From contig JBEKVX010000001.1 of the NCBI GenBank assembly GCA_049513595.1, positions 1 to 48,931 of the forward strand: 48,931 nt of DNA, in the 5' to 3' direction. Below the pieces are notes generated by a model. It worked only from the letters and a program-made list of their open reading frames with translations. It ran no database searches and was not told the DNA's origin. A program made the translations under genes and the position numbers. Numbering within the stretch: position 1 is the stretch's first letter; the number at the start of each line of letters is the position of its first letter. This DNA is from Candidatus Staskawiczbacteria bacterium. Lineage in GTDB: Bacteria; Patescibacteriota; Minisyncoccia; Minisyncoccales; Staskawiczbacteraceae. This document shows, one piece after another, positions 24,201-32,802 of this stretch.

Positions 24201-24235
24201 AATATTTTGCAACGTTTTAAACGTTGCAAAATATT
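24201..24235. repeat. 35-bp perfect palindrome (17-bp arms)
   Basis: aatattttgcaacgttt-t-aaacgttgcaaaatatt, followed by a T run. It lies in the divergent intergenic region. Confidence 0.8.
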
Positions 24236-24354
24236 TTTTTGTCTTACTACCGATATTAAGCGACATTAAGGACTTAAATTTTAAATCTTGCTGATCTCTT
24301 TTCGTGAGGTATTTTTTATAGTAATATAAGATTATATAATTATTATTTGTTTCT

Positions 24355-24855
24355 ATGCAAAAGAAAAACATTTATCTTATAGTTATTGTAATTTTATTTG
24401 TAATCTTCCTGAGTGGAGTGTATGCTATACTGCATATAATAAAACCAAATACTACCACCAATAATTCTTCTGGAACGGCAAGACAAACAGTTAGCTCTCA
24501 AGATACTATTCGGTTAATAACTTATAAATCGTTGGATGTTTTCACTGATGCCAAGGGTATGACCCTTTACCACGACATCCAGGACTGGCCACGCAATGCA
24601 AAACCTCCATATAATCCATATACTAAATGCACCGGAGCATGCAGCGTTACCTGGCCGCCGTTCTATACTGACAGCATTAAAGTTTCTCCGCCTTTAAAGG
24701 CCAGCGATTTTATGGTGTTTACCCGACCTGATGGAAAAAAACAGGTGGCTTACAGGGGCTGGCCTCTCTACTATTACACGGGGGACAACAAACCAGGAGA
24801 TGCTAACGGACAAAATATCGGAAATATTTGGTATGTGGGCGTCTCACCGGACTAG
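24355..24855 (+). CDS. Secreted/membrane-anchored protein with a 'secreted repeat of unknown function' (Lipoprotein_15-like) domain
   Basis: N-terminal TM. The pattern G.TLY.......C.G.C...WPP...RPDG..QV.Y.GWPLYYY.GD..PGD..GQ matches that family from memory. Confidence 0.55.
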   Translation: MQKKNIYLIVIVILFVIFLSGVYAILHIIKPNTTTNNSSGTARQTVSSQDTIRLITYKSLDVFTDAKGMTLYHDIQDWPRNAKPPYNPYTKCTGACSVTWPPFYTDSIKVSPPLKASDFMVFTRPDGKKQVAYRGWPLYYYTGDNKPGDANGQNIGNIWYVGVSPD

Positions 24856-24868
24856 AAAGCAGGTTCTT

Positions 24869-24879
24869 ATTGTGCGACA
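24869..24879 (+). repeat. Motif copy ATTGTGCGACA (third direct copy)
   Basis: Exact 11-mer within cttattgtgcgacagatt, just 3' of the recombinase gene. Confidence 0.7.
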
Positions 24880-24922
24880 GATTGGATGAAATAAAAAAGG
24901 GGGACTGAGCCCTCCTTTTTTA

Positions 24923-25897
24923 TCAGCTTTTTTTGTCTGGATCGCTATGAAATTGATGGTGGATATCGCGGAGGCGTTTGTTGGTTACGTGCGTATAAAT
25001 TTGGGTTGTGGCAATATTGCTGTGGCCCAGGAATTCCTGGATGGAGCGCAGGTCAACGCCTTGATTTAATAAATCTGTTGCATATGAGTGTCGCAACGTG
25101 TGGGGAGTGGTAAAAATTGGTACGCCGGAAAGCAGGGCGTATTTTTTAACCATTCTTTCAATTGAGCGTGGCGTAAGTCGGGCGTCTGTATCGTCTTTTT
25201 TATCGCGGAAGTTTATGAACAAGGCCTTTTGATTGGCGTGTTTGATATCGTTTCTTATTTCAAGATATTTTTTAATGAAGTTTAATGCGCGCTCAGAAAA
25301 ATAAACCACGCGTGGCTTACCGCCCTTACCAATAACACCCAGCTCCATATCTTTTTTATTTTTCAAACTATTAAATTGCTCAAGATTTAAGGATACTAAT
25401 TCGGCTATTCTTAAACCGGTTGAAAAAAACGCCTCTAAAATAGCCCTGTCGCGGGCGCTTATATCGTCTTTTGGCTCAATGGATGATAAAAGCTTGCCAA
25501 TCTGCTCTAAACTAAGGAATTTCACGCTTTTTGAGCCCCTATCTGGCTTTGAGAGCGAGATTTTATCCGGAGGCAGCGAAAGTACGTCTTTAGCCACAAA
25601 ATAGCCCAAAAAGGCCCTTAAAGCGATTAAATAGTAGTTCTGGGTGCCTTTTGACAGCAATTTGCCCGTAGCTGGGCTGGGCGTCCTGGAAAGGTACAAA
25701 CGATAGGTCCATATATGATCCGAGGTCAACTGATGGGGGAGTAAAGAGCCCAATTTAGCATGGTCCAACCAATGAAAAAACTTTTCCAAATAATTTTTAT
25801 AATTCTCTTGAGTATTTTTTCTCAAACCTTTTTCAACTTCGCAAAAATCCAAAAAATCTTGCAGGTGTTCTTTTATTGGTTTTGATGATTTTTCCAT
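24923..25897 (-). CDS. Tyrosine recombinase, XerC/XerD family
   Basis: GLRIAEL (Arg I), HTLRHSYAT (HxxR) and LGHSNIATTQIYTHV (His/Tyr). 324 aa with an N-terminal SAM-like core-binding domain. Confidence 0.88.
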   Translation of the reverse strand: MEKSSKPIKEHLQDFLDFCEVEKGLRKNTQENYKNYLEKFFHWLDHAKLGSLLPHQLTSDHIWTYRLYLSRTPSPATGKLLSKGTQNYYLIALRAFLGYFVAKDVLSLPPDKISLSKPDRGSKSVKFLSLEQIGKLLSSIEPKDDISARDRAILEAFFSTGLRIAELVSLNLEQFNSLKNKKDMELGVIGKGGKPRVVYFSERALNFIKKYLEIRNDIKHANQKALFINFRDKKDDTDARLTPRSIERMVKKYALLSGVPIFTTPHTLRHSYATDLLNQGVDLRSIQEFLGHSNIATTQIYTHVTNKRLRDIHHQFHSDPDKKS

Positions 25898-25938
25898 GTT
25901 TTAGAAGTGTCTCCCTCCATATACGTCGCTTTACCTAC

Positions 25939-25956
25939 ATTTTGCGACATAGTGTA
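25939..25956 (+). repeat. Motif copy attttgcgacatagtg immediately upstream of the recombinase gene (loosely dif-like)
   Basis: TTTGCGACATAGTGTATATATTAATAAT has loose similarity to the TGCGCATAA-TGTATA-TTATGTTAAAT organisation of E. coli dif. Confidence 0.35.
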
Positions 25957-26013
25957 TATATTAATAATAGCCGTCCCCTAGACCCCAGTCAAGCCCCAAA
26001 AGGTCAGGCGCGG

Positions 26014-26382
26014 CTATTGGCCAGAACCAGATGATGTTTGGGCCGGCTGGCAGTTCTGCGAAGTTCCTGGATGTAAAATACTATTTGTAATTCCAGAAAC
26101 ATAATTTGAAATTTTTTGTCCAATATTTTCTGAAACATTTTTTTGTTCTTGCCCAACTTCATTTTTTATCATATCCCCTCTCGCCTGGACTTCCCCGCTG
26201 ATTTTTGGATAAATAGTGGATATAGCCCAGTTAGATGCTTTTGCCGTGTAGGCGCTGGCCTGGTTTGTGGCGTCAGAAATTAAGGTCTTGCCAATTCCCC
26301 TAAAATATGCCTGCTGGCTCAAAAAAACAACAATTAATATAATGACTATCACAATAATGCTAAATATAAATTTCTTCTTCAT
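26014..26382 (-). CDS. Small single-pass membrane protein
   Basis: Start taken at MKKKFIFSIIVIVIILIVVF. The track's longer N-terminus covers the upstream motif copy. Confidence 0.5.
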   Translation of the reverse strand: MKKKFIFSIIVIVIILIVVFLSQQAYFRGIGKTLISDATNQASAYTAKASNWAISTIYPKISGEVQARGDMIKNEVGQEQKNVSENIGQKISNYVSGITNSILHPGTSQNCQPAQTSSGSGQ

Positions 26383-26431
26383 AATTTGATTAATTAATTG
26401 TATCGCTTCCCTTTTCGTTTCGTGCCAAAAG

Positions 26432-26442
26432 TGTCGCACAAT
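26432..26442 (-). repeat. Motif copy ATTGTGCGACA (inverted orientation)
   Basis: The minus strand reads gatattgtgcgacactttt, with GGGAAGCGA 31 nt downstream of the core start, as in DR2. Confidence 0.7.
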
Positions 26443-26477
26443 ATCGGTGTCTTCTCAATTATTCCAGATAAAATACA

Positions 26478-27971
26478 CTAAAAAAGCATTTTAATCGCGT
26501 CTTCTATGCGCCTTAGAGTTTTTTCTTTGCCTAAAATGTCGGCTATTTCAAATGGGCTGGGCGAAAATTGTTTGCCAGACAAAGCCACACGCAATGGCCA
26601 AAGCAGGAATCCCCTGTTCTGTTCTGGATATCTTTTTTCTTTGTTAAATATTTGCGCAGCTGCAAATAATTCTTTTTCTAAATTTTTCAATTCCCATTTT
26701 TTTATTCCAGATATTATTTTTTTAGAAAACAATAACGATTCTTTTGTCGCTTCATCCCCTACCTTCTGCCAGTGCAACAAATTTTTATCAAAACTTAACT
26801 TATCTTTGAAGAAAAAATCGGAAAGTGAGACAATATCTGATAATTTTTTCATTCTGGTTTTAGAAACCTCAACAATTTTTTCTAATTTGTTTTCCGAAAC
26901 CTGGCCCATTACTAAAAGCCCTGCTTTTTTGAGATATGGCGCGCAAAGTTCTGCTAATTTTTCTATGGGCTTAGAGCGGATATAAAGGCCGTTCAAAAAA
27001 TCCAGACGAGTAATATTAAAAACAGCTCCGGCTTTTTGGACTTTTTCAATGGAAAATTCTTTTACCAGCTGCGGCAAAGAAAAAACTTCTTTTTCTGTTC
27101 CGGGATTCCAGCCAAGCAGCGCCATAAAGTTTACCAATGCCTCCGGCAGATAACCTTGATTATGATAATCAGCTAGGGCAACATCTCCTTGGCGCTTGGA
27201 AAGTTTTGACCTGTCGGCATTTAACATCAGGGGCAAATGAGCATAAGTCGGCTGATAAAAACCCAATGCCTGCTGCAATAAAATTTGGCGAGGCGTGTTT
27301 GACAGATGCTCCTCGCCTCTTATAACATGGCTTATTTGCATTTCAAAATCGTCAACAACAACTGCAAAATGATACAAAGGATTTTCTAAATTTTTTGCTA
27401 TTACAACATCTCCTAAAAGTCCTGCTTCAAATTCCACGTCGCCGCGCACGAGATCATTAAATTTAATTTTTTTATTTTGAACGCGAAATCTTATTACAAA
27501 TTGTTTTCCGGATGCCAAATTTTTTTCAACAATTTCTTTTGATAAATGGGCGCACGTTCCATCATATTTTGGAGCCAATCCCCTGCTCATTTGTTCCTGT
27601 CGTTTAGCTTCTAACTCCTGTTCTGTGCAAAAACAATAATATGCATTATCGTCTTTCAAAAGTTTTTTTAAATATTTTTCGTAGATATCCAAACGCTGCG
27701 ATTGTTTATACGGCCCGAATTTACCGCCAATGTCCGGTCCTTCATCCCATTCAATCCCCAACCATTTTAATTGCTCAATAATTTCATCAGTCCATTTTTG
27801 CTCGGAGCGTTCTTTATCTGTATCTTCAACGCGCAATATCAATTTGCCTTTATTTTTTTTGGAAAAAAGATAATTAAATAATGCAGTTCTGCTTCCTCCG
27901 ACATGCAATGGTCCTGTCGGTGATGGCGCAAAACGAACTCTTATTTTTTTTATTTCTGTTTTCTTTGGCAT
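26478..27971 (-). CDS. gltX: Glutamyl-tRNA synthetase
   Basis: RFAPSPTGPLHVGGSRTAL (HIGH-type) and KLSKR. Confidence 0.95.
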   Translation of the reverse strand: MPKKTEIKKIRVRFAPSPTGPLHVGGSRTALFNYLFSKKNKGKLILRVEDTDKERSEQKWTDEIIEQLKWLGIEWDEGPDIGGKFGPYKQSQRLDIYEKYLKKLLKDDNAYYCFCTEQELEAKRQEQMSRGLAPKYDGTCAHLSKEIVEKNLASGKQFVIRFRVQNKKIKFNDLVRGDVEFEAGLLGDVVIAKNLENPLYHFAVVVDDFEMQISHVIRGEEHLSNTPRQILLQQALGFYQPTYAHLPLMLNADRSKLSKRQGDVALADYHNQGYLPEALVNFMALLGWNPGTEKEVFSLPQLVKEFSIEKVQKAGAVFNITRLDFLNGLYIRSKPIEKLAELCAPYLKKAGLLVMGQVSENKLEKIVEVSKTRMKKLSDIVSLSDFFFKDKLSFDKNLLHWQKVGDEATKESLLFSKKIISGIKKWELKNLEKELFAAAQIFNKEKRYPEQNRGFLLWPLRVALSGKQFSPSPFEIADILGKEKTLRRIEDAIKMLF

Positions 27972-27972
27972 G

Positions 27973-29088
27973 TTAATCGAGCATTAAAAATTCTAAAATT
28001 TCACGGGCAACAGCTCTTGCTGCCAGTGGTTTTGCAAAAGCCAAAGCTGCATCCGACATTTCTGCTAATTTTTCTGGATGCAAAAACAATAACTGAATAT
28101 TTTCCATAAAAAAGTTTGGCGTTAAATTTTCCTGTTCAATCACCAGGCAGGCGCCGGTTTGGCTATACGCATAGGCGTTCTTTGATTGATGGTCGCCGGC
28201 AGCTGATGGCAAAGGAATTAAAATGCTTGGCTTGCCAACTGCCGCAAATTCAAAAATACCGCTGGAGCCGGAACGGGAAATTATCAAATCGGCTGCTTTG
28301 TATGCGTGCTTTATTTGTTCTTCATCTAAAAACCCAATCGGATGATAATACTTATCCAAGTCCTTATCCATCACAACCTGCGCCTCAGCTTCTGTTTCTT
28401 TCAAATTTTCTCTGCCGGTCACGTGAATTATTTCGTAGTCCTTTAATAAACCATTTATAATTCTTAAAATAAAATCATTTATAGCTTCAGCTCCCTGGGA
28501 GCCGCCAACTATTAAAAATATTGGCTTTGAAAAAGTTAAATTAAAAATCTCTCCGGCTTTTTCCTTATCGCCATCTAAAATTTCTTTTCTTATTGGATTT
28601 CCGGTCAGGGTTGTTTGCTCGGGATTAAAATATTCTGTTTTTTCAAAAGAAATAAAAATTTTTTTCGCCCATTTAGCCGTGGTTTGGTTTGAAAGTCCGG
28701 GAACTACATCCGACTCGTGCAAAAAAACAGGAATTCTTAAAAGACGGGCTGAATAAGTTACAGAAATGGATCCCGAGCCGCCTTTGGAAAAAACCAAATC
28801 CGGCTTTATTGCCAGAAGCAGAAAAAAACTTTGTATTACGCCAAATGGAATCTTAAATAAAATATCAACAAAATTTCTCCAACTAAAATATCTTCTTATT
28901 TTTCCCGAAATAATTGTTTTTATAATTAAATCCTCCTGCTGCAATAAAATCGCGCCAAAATCATCTTTTAGACCCAGATAATAAAACTCTAAGTCCTTTT
29001 TTGGATAAAGACGCCTTAATTCTCTGACAATGGCGACCAAGGGATATACATGCCCGCCTGTTCCCCCGCCGGTAAATAAAATTTTCAT
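27973..29088 (-). CDS. murG: UDP-N-acetylglucosamine--N-acetylmuramyl-(pentapeptide) pyrophosphoryl-undecaprenol GlcNAc transferase
   Basis: ILFTGGGTGGHVYPLVAI, with a C-terminal GT28 domain. Confidence 0.93.
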   Translation of the reverse strand: MKILFTGGGTGGHVYPLVAIVRELRRLYPKKDLEFYYLGLKDDFGAILLQQEDLIIKTIISGKIRRYFSWRNFVDILFKIPFGVIQSFFLLLAIKPDLVFSKGGSGSISVTYSARLLRIPVFLHESDVVPGLSNQTTAKWAKKIFISFEKTEYFNPEQTTLTGNPIRKEILDGDKEKAGEIFNLTFSKPIFLIVGGSQGAEAINDFILRIINGLLKDYEIIHVTGRENLKETEAEAQVVMDKDLDKYYHPIGFLDEEQIKHAYKAADLIISRSGSSGIFEFAAVGKPSILIPLPSAAGDHQSKNAYAYSQTGACLVIEQENLTPNFFMENIQLLFLHPEKLAEMSDAALAFAKPLAARAVAREILEFLMLD

Positions 29089-30209
29089 GAATTTTTTGAA
29101 ATGTTTAGTAATAATCCGATGCCGAAAAGTTCAACTGCCAGATGTGAGCCGCCGTAGGAAAAAAATGGCAATGGAATCCCCGCTAACGGAAAAATTCCCG
29201 CCACCGAAGCCATATTTACAAATGCCTGAAAAGTTATCCAGACAACAATTCCTATGGCTGTCATTTTTGAAAATTTATCGTTTGTGTTTTTTGCAATCTG
29301 AATTCCCAGCCAGAAAAATAAAATAAAAATTGCTATTAATGCAACGCAACCGACTATGCCGAACTCTTCTCCGATAATTGCAAAAATTGAATCGGACATT
29401 GCCTGCGGCAAAATAAATTTTTCAACTGACATTCCCAAGCCCTTGCCAAAAATTCCACCTGATCCCAAAGAAATTAAGGACTGGCTCAGCTGGCGCCCTT
29501 TGCCCAGCGGATCTGCGCCTGGATGCAAAAAAATAAACCAACGGTCGAAACGGTACGGCTCAAATTTTATCAGACAGAATAAAATAATAACTCCAGAAAC
29601 AATTATCAATAAAGTGTGCCACAGGGGAGTTTTTGCAGAAAAATACAAGACAAGAAGGGTGATGGCAATAATTCCCAATGTGCTGATGTCGCTTTGAAAA
29701 TATAGCGCAACAGCAATGATGCCTAAAAAAATTGCGAAAGGAACAAGTATATATATTATATTATGATAACCTTTTTTTGTAATAGATTTCCAGTCCGACA
29801 CATTTGCTTCAGACAATTTAGAAGCAATCCAGGCAGACAAATATAAAATTGCCGTAATTTTTAAAAATTCCGACGGCTGCAGGGTTATGCTTCCGATTCC
29901 AATCCAGCGGCTGGCGCCCCCGACTTTAGAGCCAATTTTTGGCAAAAAAACCAAGAACAATGCAAAAAGATTCAAAAGAAATAACCAAAATGCCCACTTT
30001 TTTAAAAATCGCAGGGAAATTTTATAACCGATAAAACCTAAAATAACTGCTGGCAAAAGCCCGAAAAGCAGCTGGTGAAACAAGTAATAGTTTGTATTTC
30101 CAAATTTTTGCAAAGAAGACGATGCCGACAAGCAGGCAAAAAACAAAAAACTGAAACCAATCGTAAAAACAATCAAAAAAAATAAAAAATAATTAAAATG
30201 TTTTTTCAC
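29085..30209 (-). CDS. ftsW: SEDS-family peptidoglycan glycosyltransferase FtsW/RodA
   Basis: Polytopic, with C-terminal PLPFFSYGGS. The stop overlaps the murG start (ATGA). Start uncertain: I prefer GTG 30209 over ATG 30338, because the latter overlaps the upstream gene by 146 nt. Confidence 0.85.
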   Translation of the reverse strand: MKKHFNYFLFFLIVFTIGFSFLFFACLSASSSLQKFGNTNYYLFHQLLFGLLPAVILGFIGYKISLRFLKKWAFWLFLLNLFALFLVFLPKIGSKVGGASRWIGIGSITLQPSEFLKITAILYLSAWIASKLSEANVSDWKSITKKGYHNIIYILVPFAIFLGIIAVALYFQSDISTLGIIAITLLVLYFSAKTPLWHTLLIIVSGVIILFCLIKFEPYRFDRWFIFLHPGADPLGKGRQLSQSLISLGSGGIFGKGLGMSVEKFILPQAMSDSIFAIIGEEFGIVGCVALIAIFILFFWLGIQIAKNTNDKFSKMTAIGIVVWITFQAFVNMASVAGIFPLAGIPLPFFSYGGSHLAVELFGIGLLLNISKNS

Positions 30210-32736
30210 TTTTTGAGAACTTTTTAATTGCCGACTGATACTGGTCGCCTTTTTCCTCAAAATTTTTCCATAAAGAATAACTTGGCGATGCGCATGAAAG
30301 CAGACAAGTTTTGCCTGGTTTTGTATATTTATACGCAAACTTAACAGCTTGTTCCATACTCTCTGTCTTAAGAATATTTAATCCCGTTAATTTTATTCTT
30401 TTGCCGCTGTCTGGGAAAAGTACGGCATTCTTTATTTTATATTTTTTTATTATTTTTTCCAACTGCGAAAAATCATATCCTCTGTCTTTGCCTCCCAAAA
30501 AAATTGTATCAACATCTTTTAATGCCTTAATCGCCATTATAGTTGATTCGGGAGTTGTTGAAATTGCGTCGTCGTAAAATTTAATATTTTTAAATTTTCC
30601 CACAAATTCCAGGCGGTGCGGCAATGGTTTAAAATTTTCAATTGCTGTCTTTATAATTTTATCTGAAATGCCGAGTTCTTTCGCAACTGCGACAGCAGCC
30701 CTTATGTTTTCTTTGTTGTGCCCGCCTATCAACTGTAAATTAACGCCATCAATAAAACTTTCATTCGCGAACGGAACAACTTTTGCTCTTGCTTCTTTCG
30801 CCCAGGCGACCAATTTTTTATTTTTTGGATTATAAACAAATACATTGTTTTTATTTTGAAAATTAATTATATTTTTCTTTGCATCATAATAATTTTCAGC
30901 TCCTTTATGATAATCCATGTGTTCTGGAAATAAATTTGTCACAACTGCTATATCTGGCGAAAACTCAATATCATCTAATTGATAACTGGAAAGCTCTAAA
31001 ACAAAAATTTGGTCTTTTTTTATTGGCTTTAACAAAGCATCAAGCATAGGATTTCCGATATTTCCCAAAATTTTTACATTTTTTCCGGCTTCTTTCAAAA
31101 TAAAATAAATTAACGAGGTTGTAGTTGATTTTCCTTTGCTTCCTGTAATTCCAATTATTTTATTTTTTCCTAAAATTTTTGAAAAGAAAATATTTGTGGC
31201 TGTTGTGTAGGGTATTTTAAGCAGATTTTTTGGAATTCCCGGAGTTTTTATGGCAATATCAAAGGAATTTTGTTTTTTAAGATAGTCATCGCTAAATTTT
31301 TCATCTGCAATGCCAATCTTCAAACCAGGATAATTTTTTTCAACATATTTTTTTGAAACCTCGCCTTCTCTGCCATAACCCAAAATTAAAACATTTTTCA
31401 TGCCAGAAAACTTAAACTGGCTGGGAATATTTTGCGCTGATTGGGCTTTTAATAGCTTTTCTGCAGCTTCTTTTTCGATTTTTATTTTTGGCAGAAGATT
31501 TTTTACAATAAAATCGTCTTTAAATTTTTGGGCACCGGAAATAAATGCTGTTTTTGACTCTTCAAAAGTTCCGACGCAATCAAACGGCTTCATTTTTCCA
31601 ATGCCCAAAATATCTTTGAATAAAGATAAAAGATTTTCATCCTGGTAGAGATTTTTTTTGAAGATACCCAACAATTCTTTTTTTGTTAAAAAAGCAGAAA
31701 GTAAAGTAAAAACAAAAACGCATTTCGGGCATTGGCCGCACCAAAGACCCTTTGAAGCGCCCTTTTGGTCGTTTTTGACTAGTTTAAAATTTTTATTGCA
31801 GGAAGAAAAATATGGAAAATATTTTTTATAGTTTGAAAATAATTCTGCGATTCTTATTTCGTAAAACGGCCTTAACAAAGAAAAATATTTTACGCTTGGA
31901 GAAATAAAATTATAAATATAGTCCGAAAAAAGATTTTCAAACTCTGATGATTTTGACCACTGGTGGTTTATTAAGCGGCCTTTGTATTTTATGTTTCCAA
32001 AATTGCTGCTGTATTCGTTGGCAACCGCAAAATAAGAATATTTATACAAAACAGCACATAGAATTCCTGAGAAAGCGTATATTGCAGAAATCGGTATGTG
32101 GCCGTCGTATTTGTGTTTTTGGAAAACCTGCCAGTCCAAAAAGCGCTGAATTTTCAAAAATTTTACGCCCACTTCTCTTGCGACGCCGTCAACCAAATCG
32201 TACTTGGGGCACCCTTTGGGTCTTGTTTCTGTAAAAATTGTTGTGATGTCAATCCCCTGCTCTTTTAATAATTCGGCGGCAACAATTGAGTCCTTTCCGC
32301 CAGATAACGCAACCAGACATTTATTATTTTTTTCTAAATTATAATTTTCTGGTTTTACATTTTTATCATAAGGAAATTTGGGAGATTTTTTCGGATCTAA
32401 CTTATTTCTGAAATAAAATTCTCCCAAGCCATCTTTATAAATTGTATTCCAAAAATCCGCCTCTTTTTTTGAAATAGCATAAGGAATTTTTACTTTTGTC
32501 GCACAATAAAATTTATAATAACTCACACCGGATACAAGATGCAAACTTTCTAAAAGTTTGCTGAACAATTTATTGGAAACGTTTTTTAGGTCAAGGGTTT
32601 CAGGCAAAATTATTGTCTCCGTAAAAATGAAAGGGGTTTTGCCATCAAATTCCTGTTTGTAATTAAAAAAAATCCTTTTTTTCTCAGGTTCAAATTTGTA
32701 TGAGGTAAACTCAAAAATAGTGGCTTTGGCCTCCAT
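30193..32736 (-). CDS. murD: Fusion protein: N-terminal PP-loop ATPase-like domain (possibly MurL-like) plus C-terminal UDP-MurNAc-L-Ala--Glu ligase (MurD)
   Basis: SGGKDS PP-loop at 32287-32310. The MurD part begins near 31401 (MKNVLILGYGREG ... ITGSKGKSTTT). It is a single 847-aa ORF. Confidence 0.8.
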   Translation of the reverse strand: MEAKATIFEFTSYKFEPEKKRIFFNYKQEFDGKTPFIFTETIILPETLDLKNVSNKLFSKLLESLHLVSGVSYYKFYCATKVKIPYAISKKEADFWNTIYKDGLGEFYFRNKLDPKKSPKFPYDKNVKPENYNLEKNNKCLVALSGGKDSIVAAELLKEQGIDITTIFTETRPKGCPKYDLVDGVAREVGVKFLKIQRFLDWQVFQKHKYDGHIPISAIYAFSGILCAVLYKYSYFAVANEYSSNFGNIKYKGRLINHQWSKSSEFENLFSDYIYNFISPSVKYFSLLRPFYEIRIAELFSNYKKYFPYFSSCNKNFKLVKNDQKGASKGLWCGQCPKCVFVFTLLSAFLTKKELLGIFKKNLYQDENLLSLFKDILGIGKMKPFDCVGTFEESKTAFISGAQKFKDDFIVKNLLPKIKIEKEAAEKLLKAQSAQNIPSQFKFSGMKNVLILGYGREGEVSKKYVEKNYPGLKIGIADEKFSDDYLKKQNSFDIAIKTPGIPKNLLKIPYTTATNIFFSKILGKNKIIGITGSKGKSTTTSLIYFILKEAGKNVKILGNIGNPMLDALLKPIKKDQIFVLELSSYQLDDIEFSPDIAVVTNLFPEHMDYHKGAENYYDAKKNIINFQNKNNVFVYNPKNKKLVAWAKEARAKVVPFANESFIDGVNLQLIGGHNKENIRAAVAVAKELGISDKIIKTAIENFKPLPHRLEFVGKFKNIKFYDDAISTTPESTIMAIKALKDVDTIFLGGKDRGYDFSQLEKIIKKYKIKNAVLFPDSGKRIKLTGLNILKTESMEQAVKFAYKYTKPGKTCLLSCASPSYSLWKNFEEKGDQYQSAIKKFSKSEKTF

Positions 32737-32765
32737 AATTGATTAAGTATAGCAAATTTTTACAT

Positions 32766-32794
32766 AAAAACAACCCCGCTAAGCGGGGTTGTTT
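32766..32794 (-). terminator. Intrinsic terminator
   Basis: caaccccgc-taa-gcggggttg, with a T run on the minus strand. Confidence 0.75.
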
Positions 32795-32802
32795 AAGGTT
32801 AA

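Noticed and set aside
23055-25897. Classical integron (intI plus attI plus attC cassettes)
   Set aside because: The repeats are short direct repeats rather than 60-120-bp imperfect-palindrome attC sites. The recombinase is convergent with, and downstream of, the cassette ORFs. I could not verify the IntI-specific extra domain. The region is kept only as 'integron-like or IMEX-like' in the findings.
29085-30338. ATG 30338 as the ftsW start, and alternative genetic code (TGA sense)
   Set aside because: ATG 30338 would overlap the murD fusion by 146 nt, so GTG 30209 is more plausible. Code 4 or code 25 is rejected because long housekeeping ORFs have no internal TGA and TGA terminates ftsW in an ATGA overlap with murG.
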